Source: Camelus ferus (lineage: Eukaryota). From it: a DNA stretch of 64,000 nucleotides. The position numbers were made by a program, and so were the translations under genes. Location of the stretch: assembly GCF_009834535.1 (NCBI RefSeq), contig NC_045698.1:11472001-11536000 (forward strand). The letters are read 5' to 3'. Under the pieces are notes generated by a model, which did no database searches, was not told the DNA's origin, and worked only from the letters and a program-made list of their open reading frames with translations. The first letter of the stretch is position 1. Each line of letters starts with the position of its first letter. Shown in pieces: positions 10,731 to 25,500 of this stretch.

Positions 10731-13700
10731 TCAAGAATCACTTGGGAAGCTTTTAAAAATATTGATGCTTTCTGGTTTCTGATGAAGGTGCTGGGTTCTG
10801 CTTTCCCTTCGGGGGCTGGTGTAGATCCAAGAGGCTTCAGGAGTACCTAGGGTATTTTGCAAAGGGAGGAGGAGGATAGGTTTAAAGGAATATATTAAAA
10901 GAGAGGTATATTTCATCTCCTCCAGAATTTAACAGAGGGACAGAAGAACTCGGCCTGGCTTCCCTCCAGTCTCTCTCACCTTCCTCATGCTCTTAGTTGA
11001 CTTCATAGGTTGTGCCTTGGGTGGATGGAAGGCAGTGGGGTACGATAGAAGGATGATCAGAAGAAAGAGGGTTTTCTGCAGGAAATGAGTGGCTTACACT
11101 TTAGAAAATTCTTCAAGGACTTGGAGACATGGCAAGTAGATTGTAATCTGCGAGTGAATTATAAGTAATTTGAAGATTAATTCCAGGCTTTCAGGGTTGG
11201 AGGTTAAATTCTGAGCTGAAACCAGCCCATGCAGCTGTGGAATCTTCCATCTCCAGGCAAAGTTGCTGGGGAACATAGAGATTTGGGAGAAAAGGGACCA
11301 TCTGTGGACGTTAGGTTAAGTGCTCAAATAGACATTACTTGTAGGACATCATGTTGAGTTTATGATGTGATTCCATATTTATATAGATGAGAATTTTATT
11401 AACAGAATTAATGACACCTACATAAACAGATTCCGTTATAGTTATTGTGTGGGTGGCTTCAGTCCCCCATGATTTGTCAGAAAGCCAGGTCCTTGGACCT
11501 TCTGTGCGGATTATTATTTTAAAAAGATGTGGCTGACAATGAAGGTGGGGTGTTCTATGAGTTGTCTGCCACGATAGCTCAAGGATTTGAGTGGTCTTTT
11601 CATGCTCACATTGTCCTCATGATCAGGCACTTTTTGGAGCTCATGGGCCATGATTTTGTCTGCATCTGTGGAATCAACCTGCACTCACATGAGGCTGAAA
11701 CTCAGTGCCTTTTAAGGACCAGGCCTGAAAGTCTGGCTAGGCTAAAAGGTCACGTATGAAACTATGTGAAGAGATATGAAGCATGATGAACCTTTAAAGA
11801 TGAACAGCAGCAGGAGTGGAAGAGGATACTCACAAAGAGTTAACTAGTTATAACGGTAATGCTTCTCTTCCTCAGAGATGTTTAAAAAACAGCAATTTCT
11901 TTAGCAGCCATGTGATTAGACCCGCAGGAGTTCAGAAAGAATTACAAATTATCTTAAGGGGAAAATCAGCGCTGCAGATGGGCTCAGCAATGCAGAAATA
12001 ATAGTAGACTAGAAATGAATGTTATTACTAATTCTCTGTTTGGCTTATTAATTTCCTCTATTACAGGATCTGTCTTTCGCTACCTACTGAGAGATGGCTC
12101 CAGATAATATTTTGAAAATTATTTTATTATTCAGTGTTATTTACCTTGCCAACTGCAGAGATCTAAACAGCAAGGAATTAGAATGACAAAGATAGGTTGT
12201 TCATATTTTGCTAATTGCATCTCTTTAATCTCTATGGAACTTAAATATGATTAAATGAACCCGTCAGGTAAATTAACAAGCAACACAAAGGAAATTAATC
12301 TCTCAGTTACTATTCGTATCAGTCTAACTTGTCTTTGAATACCATATAATAAAGATAGTAGGGACTACGCAAAGTGACTGAGCAAAAGTCTCCCATTCAA
12401 ATCCTTATGTGGGTTGCATTCTCTTTTCATAACCAAACTATAATCATGGAATAAGTGGGGAAAATTTTGGGTACTTGGTAAAACATCTTTATGTTTCTAC
12501 AGGGAAAGGGCTACAAATGTGAACATTTGTAGGTGTCATGCGAACCCAGTGACAGCTTTTCTGTAGGAAGGGGACTTTATAATTCGGGAGGTGGACTTGG
12601 CTTTGCTACTAGCTAACCATGTGTAAGAGACAAGCCAATGGGCCTTTCTGAATTGGGAAAAAAAGGTTGTTGAAGTATGCAGTTAGCTAGGAAGTTTGGT
12701 CCTTGGAGAAACAAAGGCTCAGAGATAATAAATATTTAAAATCTCTCCTCTTTAACATGAAAGTTTATACATGAACTTAGGCTGAGAATGTCCTCTCAAC
12801 TTTTCATTTATCAATTCACAAACTACTTATTAACTATCCTATAGATTGATTTCTGTGTCCCACACTAATACATGAGTTTGCTTCTGGCAAACCGTGGCAC
12901 ATCACATAATGAGAAATGCTTTCCAAGAAGTATTACCTGAGTTTGATTTTGTAATGATGTATTTTAAAGAATTATTTATTTTAAGGAAACTGAAACAGAA
13001 GGTCCCCTTTATCAAAAATAAGTGGAATTTAGGCTAAAAATATACCTGACTATAAAGCAGAAAGGCTCAAAGATGGACAGAGAATAATAGTTTCCTATTT
13101 GAAGAAGTAAAGTTAAGTTTCTTACCTTGAGGTTCACCTATGGAGACTGGTGGGGTTTGTACGTTTCAGTTATTTTCTGCTGAAGGCTCTCTGGAGAATC
13201 AGACTCTCTCTAGAAGTAGGACCAGACAGCGATAGTTTTTCTAGCTCCCTGGGTGGTTTTAATATGCAGCCAAGGTCAAGAACTGTTGCCCTGAACTCTC
13301 TCATTCCCAAACAAACTTGCTGTCAGCTATCTGGCTATTCAGATGAAAGCAAAGGCAAGTAGAAACATGGATCCCTGCTAATTCACCAATAATCAATGAT
13401 GATTTCTTTGTTGACTCTCTCCATAATTATTTGCATCATAGTAAGGGAACTGTGCAGCCAACAAAGCCCTCCCTTCACAAATTGTAGTTTCAGGGAGTTC
13501 AGGTTTTTGGTTTTTGGTTTTTGTTTTTTGTTTTTTTTTTAATCCTTTTACCTCCTCGCAGCAATCATACATGAAGAAATATTTTGACACAAACTGTGCT
13601 AGCTAATCAAGCAAGGAGCTCAGAATTTATGATGGCCAGAAGAAAACCTGAAGGACCACAACCAGCTTCTCCAGGTTTGGAAGGAGAAAGAAATCTTCAG

Positions 13701-16105
13701 TCCTAATCGCCTTATTTTCTAAATTAAAGCTTTCCTAAAAGACACTTGGACCTGGACAGCCTCTGCGTGCACCGTGGCACGAGTGGGAGGGCGCACATCC
13801 CAGGGGAGCTCACTCCACTGTGCACCTAAAGAGGTCTTTCTGGCCTGAGCAGAAAACCCTCTGTCACCCATTAAGCGGCAGGAGACTTTCAGTGGAGCTG
13901 CCTCCTACATGGGAAATCAGCTTTGCGGGGCTGAATTCTTGATGAAGACCACAAAAGCATGAATTCCCAATATAAATCCCCCTTGGGGTTAATAAGAACA
14001 ACCTGGGAAGACCAATTTCCTTCGTAATTGTGACATAGGGCCTACCTACTGGCCCGCGTCACTTAAACTCATCAGAACATAGTGTGAAATATTTACCCAT
14101 TTTCAGCTTACCTTTGGGACAGAATCGAAGGGTCTTTACACACATGACTGTTCTATAGGGAATAAGACGAAAAAGAAGTTAGTGGAGCTGGGGTTCGTAA
14201 TGAGATAATAATACACAGAAGAGATCTCCATGGGCATCTGACTCGTCTAAGATGTGGTCCCATGAGGCAGGACACGTCTGCTCTCGATGACCAGGAATGA
14301 AACCAGCTCCCCTGTTCTTCACAGACAGCCACGACTGCTACAAGACCCCACATTTCAGACCTGGCAGGAGTCACTGTACAGAACCAGAACTACATCTGTG
14401 CTCTGAGGACAGGGATATTGCAGTGAAGTCAAATGAGCTTTCATGCAATTAGCGCAATCTCTTCTCAATCGATTCTCTTTAAAAGAAAAACTTAGTGTCT
14501 GGGCATAGAATGGGCTCCTTCTCCTTGGTCGAACCCCCTAAGGCTAAGCTGAGGTGAAACTGTTGAATTTGCAGGCTAGAAATAACTCAAGTGTGGAATC
14601 ACAAGGCCTGACCATTCTTCCAAAGCCTAATAGAGCTCCAGTCTCCAAAATTCAGGTTGAAAAAAATAATATAGCACATTTTATTTTATTAAGCTATGTT
14701 TTATTAATTAAATGTGTTCTCTCATATATCTGTCTAGTTGTTTTAAAAAATCAATTAATTAAGGCCTAGCCAGCTTTCTCTTAGTCTCAAGACACATTAT
14801 CATGAATAATCTCATCTTTCAAGATGGTAGCCAATTCTCAACAGTTGAAAAATTCTTCAGTGTAATTAAAACTACCCTTTCCATATTTATCATTCATGTT
14901 AGTGTGTACAAGGGTACAAGCATTTGAGCTAAGATAGGAGATATGGACATATTTTTATCTGCATTTTCACTGTTGGCATAATTACTGTCTGGGTATAGAT
15001 GCTGGCTGAGAGCATTGTGACAAGGCAGGGAATTCACAAGAATACGCATTACCAAGCACTTTATCCTTAATGGGGCAGTTTTAAGGTTTCATTTGTTTTT
15101 GTTTCATCTTTGGTTTTTCCCAGAAAGGAAAGTACTACCAATTTCCCTCACTTTTCTTGAAAATAGATCGTGAGATACTCAATGGTTTTTAAACCCATGT
15201 ATAGAAAAGCTGTTCTTCAGCAAACAAGTTTTCCCACATGTTGGCTTCTCATCACAACAAGTTGTTTGCGTAACAATTTTGAGTGTTGTAAGAAGTGGAT
15301 CTTATAACCCTAAATTGGGCATTGTGAACTCACCACTTTACAGGTGGTGAGACAGGCATTCTTTTTGTTAGAAAGATTTTGGCAGCAAGTCCATGATGTG
15401 GTCTTGATCCTGTTCCCTTAAGTTGTTGATTGAATTGCCACTTCCTTTGGTCATTTAGCTTCCTTGAACATCTGGAGATAATTTTTCAGTGGTGGCAGAG
15501 AACAAGAGTATGTGGCTGGGACCTTATAACTAATTAAATCCCAAGACTCACCTTTTCTTGAGAAACTATTTCAAGTAAAGATAATCTGTTTATAAATATC
15601 AAACTCTCCTCCCAAATGTATAACACAGATTCAAGCATAGTTAACCACTAATACATGCTTCTTGAATTCATTTTGTACTAAAAATAAGGAGTAATCACTC
15701 AACGAACTAACTGCATTTATCTTGTGTATCTATTATTTTGATGCTGAAATGAACAAAGAAAACTGGACAAAGAGGGAAAAACACAATTTCCCTACAAATG
15801 AATTCAATGTAGATAGTTAAAAATATTAAATACAAGATGTTAGTGAAGAAAAGACAGTTTTCTGAGTCAGGAATTCAGCTGATACAAAGTCTTGTTTTAC
15901 TGGGAATGTTTTTTTTACTGTTTGAATTACAGTGACCCTAACAGATTCTTTAGAAAGGGAAGAGTGGTGGAATTCAAAATAAAACCTTCCGTCTTCCAAA
16001 AAGAGTGGAAGAAAACTTTTTTATAAATTTTGTATGTGGGTGTTTACCATTTTTAAAACTATTCAGAGTCTACCAATGAATGATGGAGAATGCTTTTAGA
16101 ATGGT

Positions 16106-16645
16106 GTGATGGCTACCTATTGCTGTGTAACAAATTATCCCAAAGTTGGTGGCTGAGAACAATAGCATTTATTATTTCCCAGTGTCTGTCAGTCGGGAAT
16201 AAGGCACAGCTTAGCCGTGCTCTCTGGCACTTCTTACTTCACAAGACGGCAATCAGGTGTCTGCTCCAGCCATCTCAAGTCTTGCTGAGGAAGCACGCCA
16301 TGTTCCCTCACATGGTTGTTGGCAGGATTTAGTTCCTTGCAATTTTGTGAACTGAGGATGGCAGCTCCTCACCAGCTATTAGCTAGAGGCCTCCCTTATT
16401 TTCTTGCCACATGGGCTCTCCTTAGGGTAGCTCACATGTGACATCTTGCGTGATCAGTGAGACAGAGAGAATGCTGTTAAGAGGATGGTCACAGTCCTTT
16501 GTAACCTGATCGCAGAAGTGATGTCTTATCACTTTTTCTAAGTTTTATTTTTTAGAAGCATGTATCTAGGTCCTGTCCATACTCAAGGAGAGGTGATCAC
16601 ACAAGTAAGTAAATACGAAGAGGGAGATCACTGAGACCCATGTCA
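16106..16645 (-). mobile_element. MaLR LTR (MLT1 family)
   Basis: CTATTGCTGTGTAACAAATTATCCCAAA...CATGGTTGTTGGCAGGATTTAGTTCCTTG...TTGCCACATGGGCTCTCC; similar to the element at 10023. Confidence 0.75.
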
Positions 16646-19600
16646 GAAAGCCCTTACTGTAAACAATGATGGCTTTCACTTTAATGGTGGCAAAATGAAA
16701 GGTGGAAGATCAAAGAGATGTTCCCACCGTGACGTTCCTCCAAAATGTTAAAAATATACAAACCATTGTCTTTCTGGGACCTGATTCAATTTCAGTGACC
16801 ATAGGTACGGCCAGAACTGGGCAAGTTAACAATCCCTATTATCGCTTAGTCATACTTCTTCAAATGACATTTTCTTGTTTAAAATGTGTGTAAGTAAATT
16901 ACAAAACAAGAGCAAGAAGAGAGAAGGAAATCAAACTCAGGCTGGAATAGTCTGCCCTACGTGCAGCCCGGATGTGGTGTGCCTGTTCCTGTTCCTACTA
17001 ACCAGCTGAAAGAACTGTCAAGAAGTCACCTCGAGCTCTGTATGTGTTTGTGTGTGCACTTACACATGTGCTCCCACGTGCACGCGTGTGTGGGGGCATC
17101 CCTCTTTTTACAATGAGAACACACCCACGGGAAAGGATCCGCGACCCGGTGGGTGGCCTTGTCTATTTACCTTGCTCCTTTCTCACTGCGGCCATAAAAC
17201 TGGGCAGAGCGACTTTCCCAAGTTATTAGCTGCTGCCTAAATGAGTCTTGTCTCCAAAAAGCATTTACTTTCTCTGAAGTGTGCTATTTTCTTTTTTCTC
17301 CAAACAGCCATCCCAGTGGATATTACTTAGTCCATCTCCCGAGTTATATTTTGTCTTTAAATGGGGGCTAATTTCAGTTACCCCTCCTCTCCCCTTCATT
17401 ATGCTGGTTTATGGGTAACCATCCTGCCAGTAGGGCTTGTCACCCCATAAACCAAGGGTCCTCCACTTCCTTAATTAGCAGGGTACAAATAGTGTCCCAG
17501 AGCCAAGAAGAAAGTCCTCTTCTAACAAAATCTAACAAAGCTTTGGAAGCTGTGTGTAAGTCTGTCTGAATGTGTGCGCGTGCCTGTGTGGCCCAAAGTC
17601 TCACGAGTGCATTTTTCCAAGAATCACAGCCCACAAAGCAACGTTGCTGATCTAACCGTTACACTCTCCCCAGAATGATTTAAAGTGTCGTGAAGATTTC
17701 TTTGCATCGAACAAGTTCACTGTGCTCACCTTCAATTAAAAGGCCCAACTGTGCTTTGTTTGGCTTTAGGGCTGGAAAGAGGAAAGAGAAAAAGCTTCAC
17801 AATTCAAAAGACAGATAAATTGCTCTTTCTAAACAAAGACTCATTGCGTTTATAAACGTGGCTCTCCCATAATTTTTAAAAATCGTTTATATGTGGGATA
17901 GAGCCTTATAAACAGTACAGCCTGGTCAAGGCTCTGGTTTTGTCCAATTAAAGGACTGGATCCGACAAGACCACCAATTGTTCCGTTGTGTTTTGGAAGT
18001 TTGATCCAAGTTTACATTTCCAGCCAGTGTTTCACCCTTTATGTTTATGACAGCACAAAAGAGCAAGCTCTGGGAATTTCTCAAGGGGAAGTCACGCCGT
18101 GTGTGTTGTCACTGAGGAGGAGAGAGCAGGAGGAAAACAGAGCCACATGTGGAAGGGACGGCAGGAGCGTGGATATCCCTTCTGGGCTTGACAGATTGGA
18201 TTCTCCTCTATCTCAAAAGCAAAAGTGTTTTCAGTGTTTGGACATGCGCAGGATTGCTAAATGGAGGTTTAAGTCCGAGAAGGCACCACAGCATTAGCCC
18301 TTTGCACAGCTGTTGCTGGAAGTGACGCCATACCATCCCAGTGTGTCTAGCAAATATAAATATTGACCATGTGCATGTCTACGCTTTGTTTAGGGTTGTC
18401 CCTGAGGATAGTGAGCTAATAAGTGCTTTACTAAACACAACTGTGATACTAACTCTGCCACCCGTGATGGTTTCATGCATAAAATAGCTCTTTTGTGGGA
18501 TTTAGAAAGTATCACATGTGGTTATTTTGATAAACTCAAGAGGAGGGACTATGTGTGAGTGTCTGTGAAACTATTTTAAATACATAGATGCTTTCTCAGT
18601 GGAGAGAGGAGGAAATGCCAGTGTTCAAATGCCAGTGTTAAGTTATTGTGGAATTCTTTGTCCCCTGGTGGCTGCCATGTTCTGGCCATCTACTGGGTCT
18701 TCCAGGCACATGGACACCAGACTCTACAGTTGAGCCTCTTCATGTTTGATGTCATAATGGCCTGACAAAATCCCATGGCTGGACAACCTGAGAGGCCAAT
18801 TTAAGGAACTTTTCTTAAAGTACATTCCTAGTAACTAAAACTAAGTTATATTGTGTTATCATTGAGGAACTTAAGAGCTTCCAAATTCTGATAAAATGAT
18901 TCTTGTGACTCACCTTAAATTCCACCTCAAATGCTAATATGAATGCCTTCCAGAAGCCACTGAGTTCTTTTCCCCATGGTTTTCATCTTTATGTAGAGAC
19001 ATTTTAAAACTATTAAGTTCTTGAGAGAACCACTTGGTCAGATTTAGCAAAATTCTTCTAAGGAGATGAAGTCCAAGACAAATAACCTTCTGCACCTTAC
19101 TCCCAGTGCCCATTCTGCTACCTGGGGTGCTAACTTTTATTTCGTGAAAAGTGGCAAATTTGGTCTTTACCTTCCTAAAGCCTGTAGCAGTGTTCAGGCA
19201 ATACCAAAGCTCCTTCTACTAAATTTAGAGTTTCTTCTTTTTTTATGCCTATGAGAGTACCTGGACTGATCTCTCTACATCTTGAATAGTCATGACAAAT
19301 CCAGTGGGACAAACAGGCAAAAAAGAACAATGAGAAAAAGGGGACATGAATGCCCTCCCAGAGACAATGGATGCTGTTAAGCACTATGTCATTCACCAGC
19401 CGCTGGCTATAAGCCAATGAAAACACTGCACTTTGGGTCTCAGTGGTTGAAGATTAACAAACCAAGAGTTTATTCAGAGTAGCATCCTTCCTTCTTGATG
19501 TACCCCTAAACAGCCCTCCCTGGGATGAAGATAAGATTCCTTCTTCTGTGGTTTATCAGGAGGCTTACACATAACTTCCGATTGCCTCCCTCACTGAAAA

Positions 19601-19789
19601 GCAAAAGCTCCTGTTTCTTAGAAAACTAATGAAAGCAAGAGAGGGTTTTCTTGATGAGCCAAAGTGAAGGAATACAGGAGGACCGGTGGTGCTCTTCAAG
19701 TTAATGCAGCAGAAGCTACTGCGTATGACTAGAATCAGCTGAAACTTGCATTAAAGATATGCCAAGGATGCACAGTGATTTCCCCGAAT

Positions 19790-19947
19790 CAGCGGTTCTC
19801 CAGCTCATTCCCATATTCGAACACACAGGAGCTTTGAAAACCTCCAGTGCTCATGATGTACCTCATACCAATTAGATCATAATCTCAGGAGGTCGGATCC
19901 AGGCATCAGTGTGGTAATTTCAACGTGCAGCCAGCTCTGAGAATCGG
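19790..19947. mobile_element. MER5-like hAT-Charlie DNA transposon remnant
   Basis: CAGCGGTTCTC...AATCTCAGGAGGT...CCAGGCATCAGT...AACGTGCAGCCAG...TGAGAATC. A similar remnant lies near 13120-13290. Confidence 0.65.
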
Positions 19948-20150
19948 AGCACTAAATTGAGCGTTTTGAGCATCTGCAGGTCCACAGCTTGGAGCGTCTC
20001 AATCTCCAGCATCCATTTCTTTCCTTCCACAAATGTGATTATTTGGCAGCCACTCTCAAATAAAAACCAAGGGGAAGACTTATGAAGTCAAACAACAAAC
20101 AAACAAAAATTCAGCAAAGTACCATAATCAATCATAATCAGTCAGGCCAA

Positions 20151-20483
20151 TTGGAATCTAAAAAAAAGACACAAATGAACTTACAGAACAGAAACAGACT
20201 CACAGATACAGAAAACAAATTTATGGTTACAAGAGGGGAAAGGGTAGGGGAGGGATAAATTAGGAGTTTGGGATTAGCAGATATGAACTACTGTATACAA
20301 AATAGATAAACAACAAGGTCCTACTGTGTAACACACGGAATTATATTCAATATCTTGTAATAACCTATAATGAAAAAGAATATAAAAATGAATATATATA
20401 TATGTATAACTGAATCACTTTGCTGTACACCTGAAACTAACACAACAACCTTATAAATCAACTATTCTTCAATTTAAAAAAAA
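20151..20483 (+). mobile_element. L1 3' UTR fragment with A tail
   Basis: TGGAATCTAAAAAAAAGACACAAATGAACTT...GGGAGGGATAAATTAGGAGTTTGGGATTAGCAGAT...CTTCAATTTAAAAAAAA; reverse complement of the 2983 family. Confidence 0.9.
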
Positions 20484-21550
20484 GAAGTGAAATGGGAGGC
20501 AATGGACCATTCATAACCTAAGGTAGATTTCTCATAGTGCTGAATTTATAAGGGACAAAAATTCCTGGGAACAGCACTTTCCATGCTCTCTTTTCAAGTA
20601 AGAGCACAACATTGATGGAACTCAACCTTGATAGCTTCTAAAGATGGTCTGAAAATAGAAATCAATGTGAGACTCCAACAAGAAGTTTGGTTTACTAGCC
20701 TTACCTTTCAATATGTGAACTCTATATACTACAGACAAATCCAGAAGGAAATCGAGGATTTATTAATTAATTTCTGGTAATAAATTTGATGATTATATTT
20801 TAGATAATATAAAATGACTTGAATAATGATTACTCAACAGGATAATCTACACAAATAGAAGGATCTAAAAAATGCTAAAATCTATCATCTGTGCAGAGAG
20901 AATAGCCATATTATTCATAGTATTTTCTCTACATAATTTATGCTTTCTTCTTGTATTGTTGTTGTTATAATTTATTGCCATTTGGATTCCTCAACTAATT
21001 TTGAAGTCGTTTTGAAAGATAACACCAACACTGCCAAATCCATCACTTCCTAATTCTACCGTATGTCAGATATGTCAGGAAAGTAGAATCTTTAAGTGTC
21101 TCCCAAGTTTTTGCTCAGGTCAAGGATGTACCCATTACTTTTACTATCAGCCTAACCTAGGAACAGTAGATTTCCAATGGTTTTATATTCCACCCCCCGC
21201 TTAAGTTCTCCGTACAGATCAGAGTAGTTTCTGTTGATATTAAGTCACGGCCTTTACCATTTAAAGTCTTGGGAAGAAAAAGAAATCCCAAATATAATTT
21301 CCTATATTTTAGAATCCATAAACTCAACAAATATTTATTAACCACATACTTTGTGCAAGCTAGACTCTATTGTAGGAGCTGGAGACATATGCAGAAACAA
21401 GAGAAAGACACAGTTCTTTGAGCTTACAATCTAACAGAGGGAGGTATACAATTTTAAAAAACTAATGTATATCAGGAGGTGGGAAGTGCCATGGAGGTAA
21501 AGTGTGATAAGGAAGTGAGAGGATTTTTGTTTCAAAGAGTTTATTGTGGA

Positions 21551-21907
21551 TGAGTTCATTTGTGTCTTCTTTTTTCTTTTTTTAAGATTCCATATAGAAG
21601 TAATATCATATGGTATTTTTCTCTTTCTGGCTCACTTCACTTAGAATGATGATCTCCAGGTCCATCCATGTTGCTGCAAATGGCATTATTTTATTCCTTT
21701 TTATGGCTGAGTAGTATTCTATTGTATAAATATACCACAACTTCTTTATCCAGTCATCTGTCAATGAACATTTAGGTTGTTTCCATGTCTTGGCTATTGT
21801 AAATAGTGTATATACATTTATGACTGGGACATTATGCTGTACGCCAGCAATTGACACATTGTAACTGACTATACTTCAACAAAAAAATCAATTAAAAATA
21901 AAGAAAT
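21551..21907 (+). mobile_element. 5'-inverted (twin-primed) L1 insertion
   Basis: 17-bp TSD AAAGAG(T/G)TTATTGTGGA at 21534-50 and 21908-24; antisense ORF2 C-terminus ([13 protein letters not shown]...LSEVSQKEK) from 21551 to ~21808, then a sense 3' end with A-rich tail. Confidence 0.92.
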
Positions 21908-22349
21908 AAAGAGGTTATTGTGGAAGGCTTCACTTGGGAGGTAGCCTATGAGCAGAAATGGATGGTACAAGGAGTAATGGAGAAGGTTGAATAAAGCTGC
22001 TATTTGCACAGATACAGGTAAGATTATGGGGAAGGTATGGTGAGCATCTCAGGGACCAGCTACAGAGGGAAGCCATTATCACCCACAGTCCTGAGGGGCA
22101 GAGGAAGGGAGTGATGATGTTGGAACCTGGCAAGGGCTATAGTCCCTGGAGAGGGGCTGCTTGTCAGCCAAGAGGGCTACGGGAAAGGAACTCAGCCACT
22201 GCCCAGAGCCCCCGGCAAGGAGGGGATAGAGGGTTGTGGGAGACCAGCTCCCCCTGCCTTTCCTGCACCCGCCTTCCACATTTATTACATAGCTACTGTG
22301 TGCAAGGCATGCATTCACAAAGTTCCTAGGCTCAAGGAAAGGAGGGAGG

Positions 22350-22585
22350 ACATTTTTATTGAGCACCTGTTATGTGCCAGACTCCTCACTAAGTATTTAA
22401 CCTAGGTTTGCTTGTTCTCCATTTTATTTTCATAGTAATGCTATGAGGTATAACTATTTTCTTCATTTTATGGATTAGGAAATGGAAGCTCAGAGAATTA
22501 AATGTACTTTGTGCAGGGTCCCTCAACTGGGGAAGGGCGGGGTGAAAATCAGTTCATCTGATGCCAAATCAGTGCTCTCCCTCTA
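22350..22585 (-). mobile_element. MIR SINE
   Basis: CATTTTTATTGAGCACCTGTTATGTGCCAG...CTATGAGGTA...CATTTTATGGATTAGGAAATGGAAGCTCAGAGA. Other MIR-like cores lie near 1070, 2130, 4290, 40400, 56090 and 56330. Confidence 0.7.
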
Positions 22586-25500
22586 ACCACTGTGTCCCCA
22601 GTAGTGAGGAATATGTACAGATACTATTTATCATATAACACTTGACAAAGTCTCTTCCAACATCTCTTCAAATGACGCTATGAGATGATGAAAAAGGATC
22701 AAAGTTAATGTGTGTCCTTTTTAATAATCAAAAATGAGCATCATACCTGAATGTCGTAAATCAGTACTGAGTTTATGCCAACAAAATAAGCACTGGTAAA
22801 GCCAGCGAACTCATCATCCAAACAACTACTTTGAATAACCAGTATATGTAGAAGAGACAACAACAGTGAGCAGCCTGCTGAATTTGAGTTAACCTACTGC
22901 ATAAAACATGGCCTTATTTTTGTTTTAATCCTGACATTCCCTTCGTCTAATTGAAAACATAATGATATTGGGCATTCTTTTTCATATTTCTAATGTAACA
23001 TTAGGCCACAAGGAGTCAGTTGTTTGCAATGGAGTTATCCAATCATGATCAAAATACATAATTTTAGAAATTATATTTAAGCGTGTAATGCTATGGGATG
23101 AATTATTATTTCTCTCTACTTTACTTTGCGTTGAAGAGAGAAACTCAAGCTCAGTGCATCTACCTGATCAACAGTGGTATGAAGGCATGATCAAACTTGC
23201 ATTTGGGCAGGAGTTCAGCCCATCAGGTAGGGCCAAAGGGAAAGCAAGTTAACACTTGGAAAAGCTAAGCGTTTGTTTAGCGCTAGACTGACAGGGCCCA
23301 CCCAGTCACTGTAACAGAGGTGTCAAATGGACATCTGGACTATTTAGTCAGTTTTTGTAATACACAGCTCATAGAGAATATTCTAGTAACAAAAACAAGC
23401 CATGACAACATTTATATCCCAGGGCAGGTTGGAATATGAGACTTAAACCTAACCACCTGCTGATGGGAGCACAAACAGTAAATGCTGGTGAAAGGCGTCA
23501 TGAATGTTACGAGAGCTATGGTAAGGCTACTGATTGATAGTGGGGACGTATAGTGGGGCCCTGACATAGGAAATTGTATTTTCTTTAGTGTTTTCTCTTT
23601 ATGGTTTAGATGAGATTTTATCTAAAGCCTCTGGGAGTTCCCTCAAAGATTTCTTCCAGGGAGAAGATTCTGCCATGTTCCCAGCAAGCATATACTGAGT
23701 GTGTTATACACTGATACGGTATTTAGGAGGTAGAGTTTTGACTGTCATTAACCCTCACAGAGATGTAGGCTCACAGAAAGCTACATGTAGGTTCTGCTCC
23801 ACCACTGCACCTCAACTCAGCTCTAGCTTTGCCATTGGCTTAATGAGAAACTTAAATCAATTTTTTTTTAATTTGTTATTAGAATTGAACAGGTGAGTGT
23901 TCGTTTTTCCATAGGTGATAGTAAGTTGCCTCACAGAAGAGGAGAAAATAAACATTTTAGAATGTTTAATGGCACTGTATGATGTTTCATGTACTGAAAC
24001 ATTCGTTTCTGCGAAATAAATTGCTGTACTCTGGAGATGAAAGCATGTATCTGTTTCAGAAGTAGTTTAAAATTATCAGCATTCTAAAATGTTTTTTCCC
24101 TCTGTTCTGCTTGTCAGTCTCCCTACCATCCTATCTATCTAAGCTACCGTGAAAATGTTAAACTGATGACCTGAAACTGAGAAGATTATAATCATCTTTA
24201 CCCTTTATTGTATCCTATATCTGGTGAATGTTTAGCACCAAGCATGCATAGTTTACATAATTGAAATTCTATAAAGCTATTTAAAACTAAAGAAGAAAGA
24301 CGTAGATAATTTTGAAGGCAAGGAACCTGAGTATTATGTTTAGCATAAAATATATGGCTTGGGGCATAATTGAAACTCTTAGAGAAAACCCAGAAAAATG
24401 ATTGAAAAATCCTTGAAATTTTTCCAGAAAAAAAAGAAAAATGTGACATTAAACTGTAGTAAGGAAGAAAGGAAGGTACTATAATAAGCTGGATGCATTG
24501 CATTTTGGTGGGTGTTTCATTTGCAAATCTTACACCTTAGACATCTCTGATCCTTTGCATTCTATTGTCTGTAGGAATGCTTATCCAATTCTGATGCTTA
24601 CAGCATTTTTTTCTTATTTTTAAGCCCAAAGCTAATTTTAAAGTTGGGACTTATGGCTCTGAGCTCAGGGTCAGCTGAGTGGAGTCTACTTTGATCTTAA
24701 ATGTTTAGGTTGGAAAGGGAAGAATTTGCGGGGTTTGGGGTCTGATACTAAATTTGCCACCCTGTCACCCTTTCCTCACTTTAGAAACCTACCCCAAATA
24801 TGGTGGATAAACCACTGGTGCATTCTGAGAGCCTGAAGTGGGCAAAATAGCCTCTAAAGTTACCCATCTTGTAGATCCAGCAACGGGATGGGAAAATTTC
24901 ACCCAGTGTGAACACGTAATCTTTGAGCCAATCTGTACATCCTGGTTTTGAGAATCCAGAGTGGAGTGTGCTCCCAGCTCGCCAGACCATGTGCCCACAG
25001 GAGAAGAGCTCCTGACAGTTCCTGCCTCTTCGGACCCTTTGAAATACAGGTGACCGGGACAGCTTACTCAGGCATCTGTTGTGGTTGACACACAGCAGAA
25101 GATCAACTCTATTCCAAGGCTATTATTTACTACTTCTCTACATACCTCAGTAACTCAATCTGAAAATTGGGAAACAAACAAACAAAAAAACCCTAACTTG
25201 CCCACCTTACAGCATTAAGTCTGAAGAAATATAGCTAAAAGTGGTTTATAAACTATAGTGGGCAAATGCAACTTTCCTTAATTTTATACATTTTAGGGAA
25301 GGTCTTCTGAATTCAACAAATATATTGGAATCTTCTATGCAATCACCCAGCTTGCTGCTACAAGAGACAAAAAGAAAGACTCCAAGGAGCTGAATCTAAA
25401 GCTTTTACACATCGCATTTATCTATTCACTGAATATTTAATGAGCACCTCTACCGTGTGAAGCACTTTTGTAGATTTTAGGAAAACAGTTGTGAAAAGGA

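Noticed and set aside
11900..12420. Possible conserved non-coding element (repeat-free, TAAT-rich)
   Set aside because: Conservation cannot be judged from one sequence, and TAAT motifs are expected in AT-rich DNA.
18613..18639. AAATGCCAGTGTT direct repeat
   Set aside because: An ordinary 14-bp slippage duplication with nothing inserted between the copies.
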